The translations under genes were made by a program, and so were the position numbers. Source: Raillietiella orientalis (taxonomy: Eukaryota). From it: a stretch of DNA of 64,000 bases. The notes beneath the pieces were generated by a model. That model searched no databases. It saw only the letters and a program-made list of their open reading frames with translations, and was not told where the DNA came from. Of this stretch, positions 63,401 to 64,000 are shown one piece after another; positions within the stretch are counted from its first letter, which is position 1; each line of letters starts with the position of its first letter. Where the stretch lies: assembly GCA_036172245.1 (NCBI GenBank), contig JAYWIR010000008.1:4154001-4218000 (forward strand). The letters are read 5' to 3'.

Positions 63401-63920
63401 TTTCTCTCTCCCCCCTCCCTCCCGTCTGGTTCCCGCGCTTGGCAGGCGCTTCCGAACGCCGGTGCTTCGCTCCATCCTTCTGGCAGGGGAGACAAAGAGG
63501 AAAACGCAGCGCATCCCGCAGATTTGCTCGGAACGAAACCACGGAAACCTGTTCGCCCTCTGACGCCTGTCCTTGGTGCTCGCACGAGTGCAGAGAAACG
63601 AGCCGGCCCGGCCATGCTCCCTACCAGAGGAAGGGAAGAGGGCAGGGGAGTGCCCCAGCGCGCGACTCTTTCGCAGTCTCCTGGTCTCGACTATGAGAAC
63701 GCGATTTCTCCGAACTAGCTGTTCGACATGAAGATGTACAGGCAGAACATATCGCAAGAGATGCAGAGGTCGTATCCGGATCGCAGGAAGCTGGAGCACC
63801 AGTGCATCTCCATCGTCGTCATAGGGAAGAGGGAGTGCAACCTGCTGACCACTCCCTGCTGGATCATGGTCGTCAACATCGTGGCCATGGAGATGCTGAA
63901 GAGCAAGCTGCTTCCGCCAG
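55903..63920 (+). CDS. exp: Expansion/Rebuf-family atypical Smad-like MH2-domain protein (chitin deposition factor), first five coding exons; 3' end beyond window
   Basis: Exons 55903-55998 (MVSRRKILSRSIDDVCLLDEGDVWLNKDKLYQ), 62089-62246 (DHIQEILQKWPQIDDEIWGKVISMERNRRVAKAYARAQVITVDGSSDGFDGFR), 62645-62717 (IGLRGFENPMRD...), 63081-63236 (GFKMKIDDDGNILIK...) and 63719-63920 (LFDMKMYRQNISQEMQRSYPDRRKLEHQCISIV...TPCWIMVVNIVAMEMLKSK). All are GT-AG and in phase, and the motifs are characteristic of Drosophila Expansion/Rebuf. exp versus reb orthology not resolved. Confidence 0.92.
56739..56808. repeat. Compound (GACA)n(GA)n microsatellite in expansion intron 1
   Basis: Seen directly. Confidence 0.9.
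58107..58186. repeat. (CAG)n followed by (CGTG)n(TG)n microsatellites in expansion intron 1
   Basis: Seen directly. Confidence 0.85.
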
Positions 63921-64000
63921 GTGGGTACCCGCGTGCCCCTCCAGCGAGCAGGAAGAGGAGGCGGGCGAAAGGCGCGAGCGACCCATCTGTCCTTCGGACC

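Noticed and set aside
62960..63906. Minus-strand ORFs 62960..63799 and 63715..63906
   Set aside because: Antisense shadows of expansion exons 4-5.
1..64000. CRISPR arrays, rRNA genes, prokaryotic operons or defence systems
   Set aside because: No repeat-spacer arrays or rRNA-like segments were seen, and the multi-exon genes are spliceosomal eukaryotic genes.

Overview
Eukaryotic, intron-containing DNA, most likely from an arthropod (inferred from the ITP/CHH and expansion/rebuf genes). Five protein-coding genes can be reconstructed by hand from GT-AG splice sites and recognisable protein motifs. (1) The 3' part of an RNF13/RNF167 (goliath/godzilla)-type membrane RING-H2 E3 ligase (+, 2.1-2.7 kb, candidate last exon at 5.4-5.6 kb). 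(2) A complete ion transport peptide / CHH-family neuropeptide precursor (-, 17480-17898). (3) PET100 (+, 21316-21573). (4) A seven-exon ASPSCR1/TUG (UBXN9) gene (-, 40522-42657). (5) The 5' part of an expansion/rebuf-family MH2 gene (+, 55903 onward, running off the window). Between them are a fairly intact 3' fragment of an L1/Tx1-like LINE (zf-RVT), older LINE-like remnants, a two-copy ~245-bp possibly SINE-like repeat, and a ~110-bp inverted-repeat pair enclosing ~1.1 kb. Two long GC-rich domains (~22-40 kb, ~44-64 kb) contain hundreds of overlapping ORFs that look like compositional artefacts. I found no convincing previously undescribed multi-gene system. The most notable points are the ITP gene with no room for the usual ITP-L alternative exon, 44-54-nt introns, and a sharp AT/CpG-poor versus GC/CpG-rich mosaic. 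All homologies were recognised by eye, no searches were run, and composition and identity statements are visual estimates.
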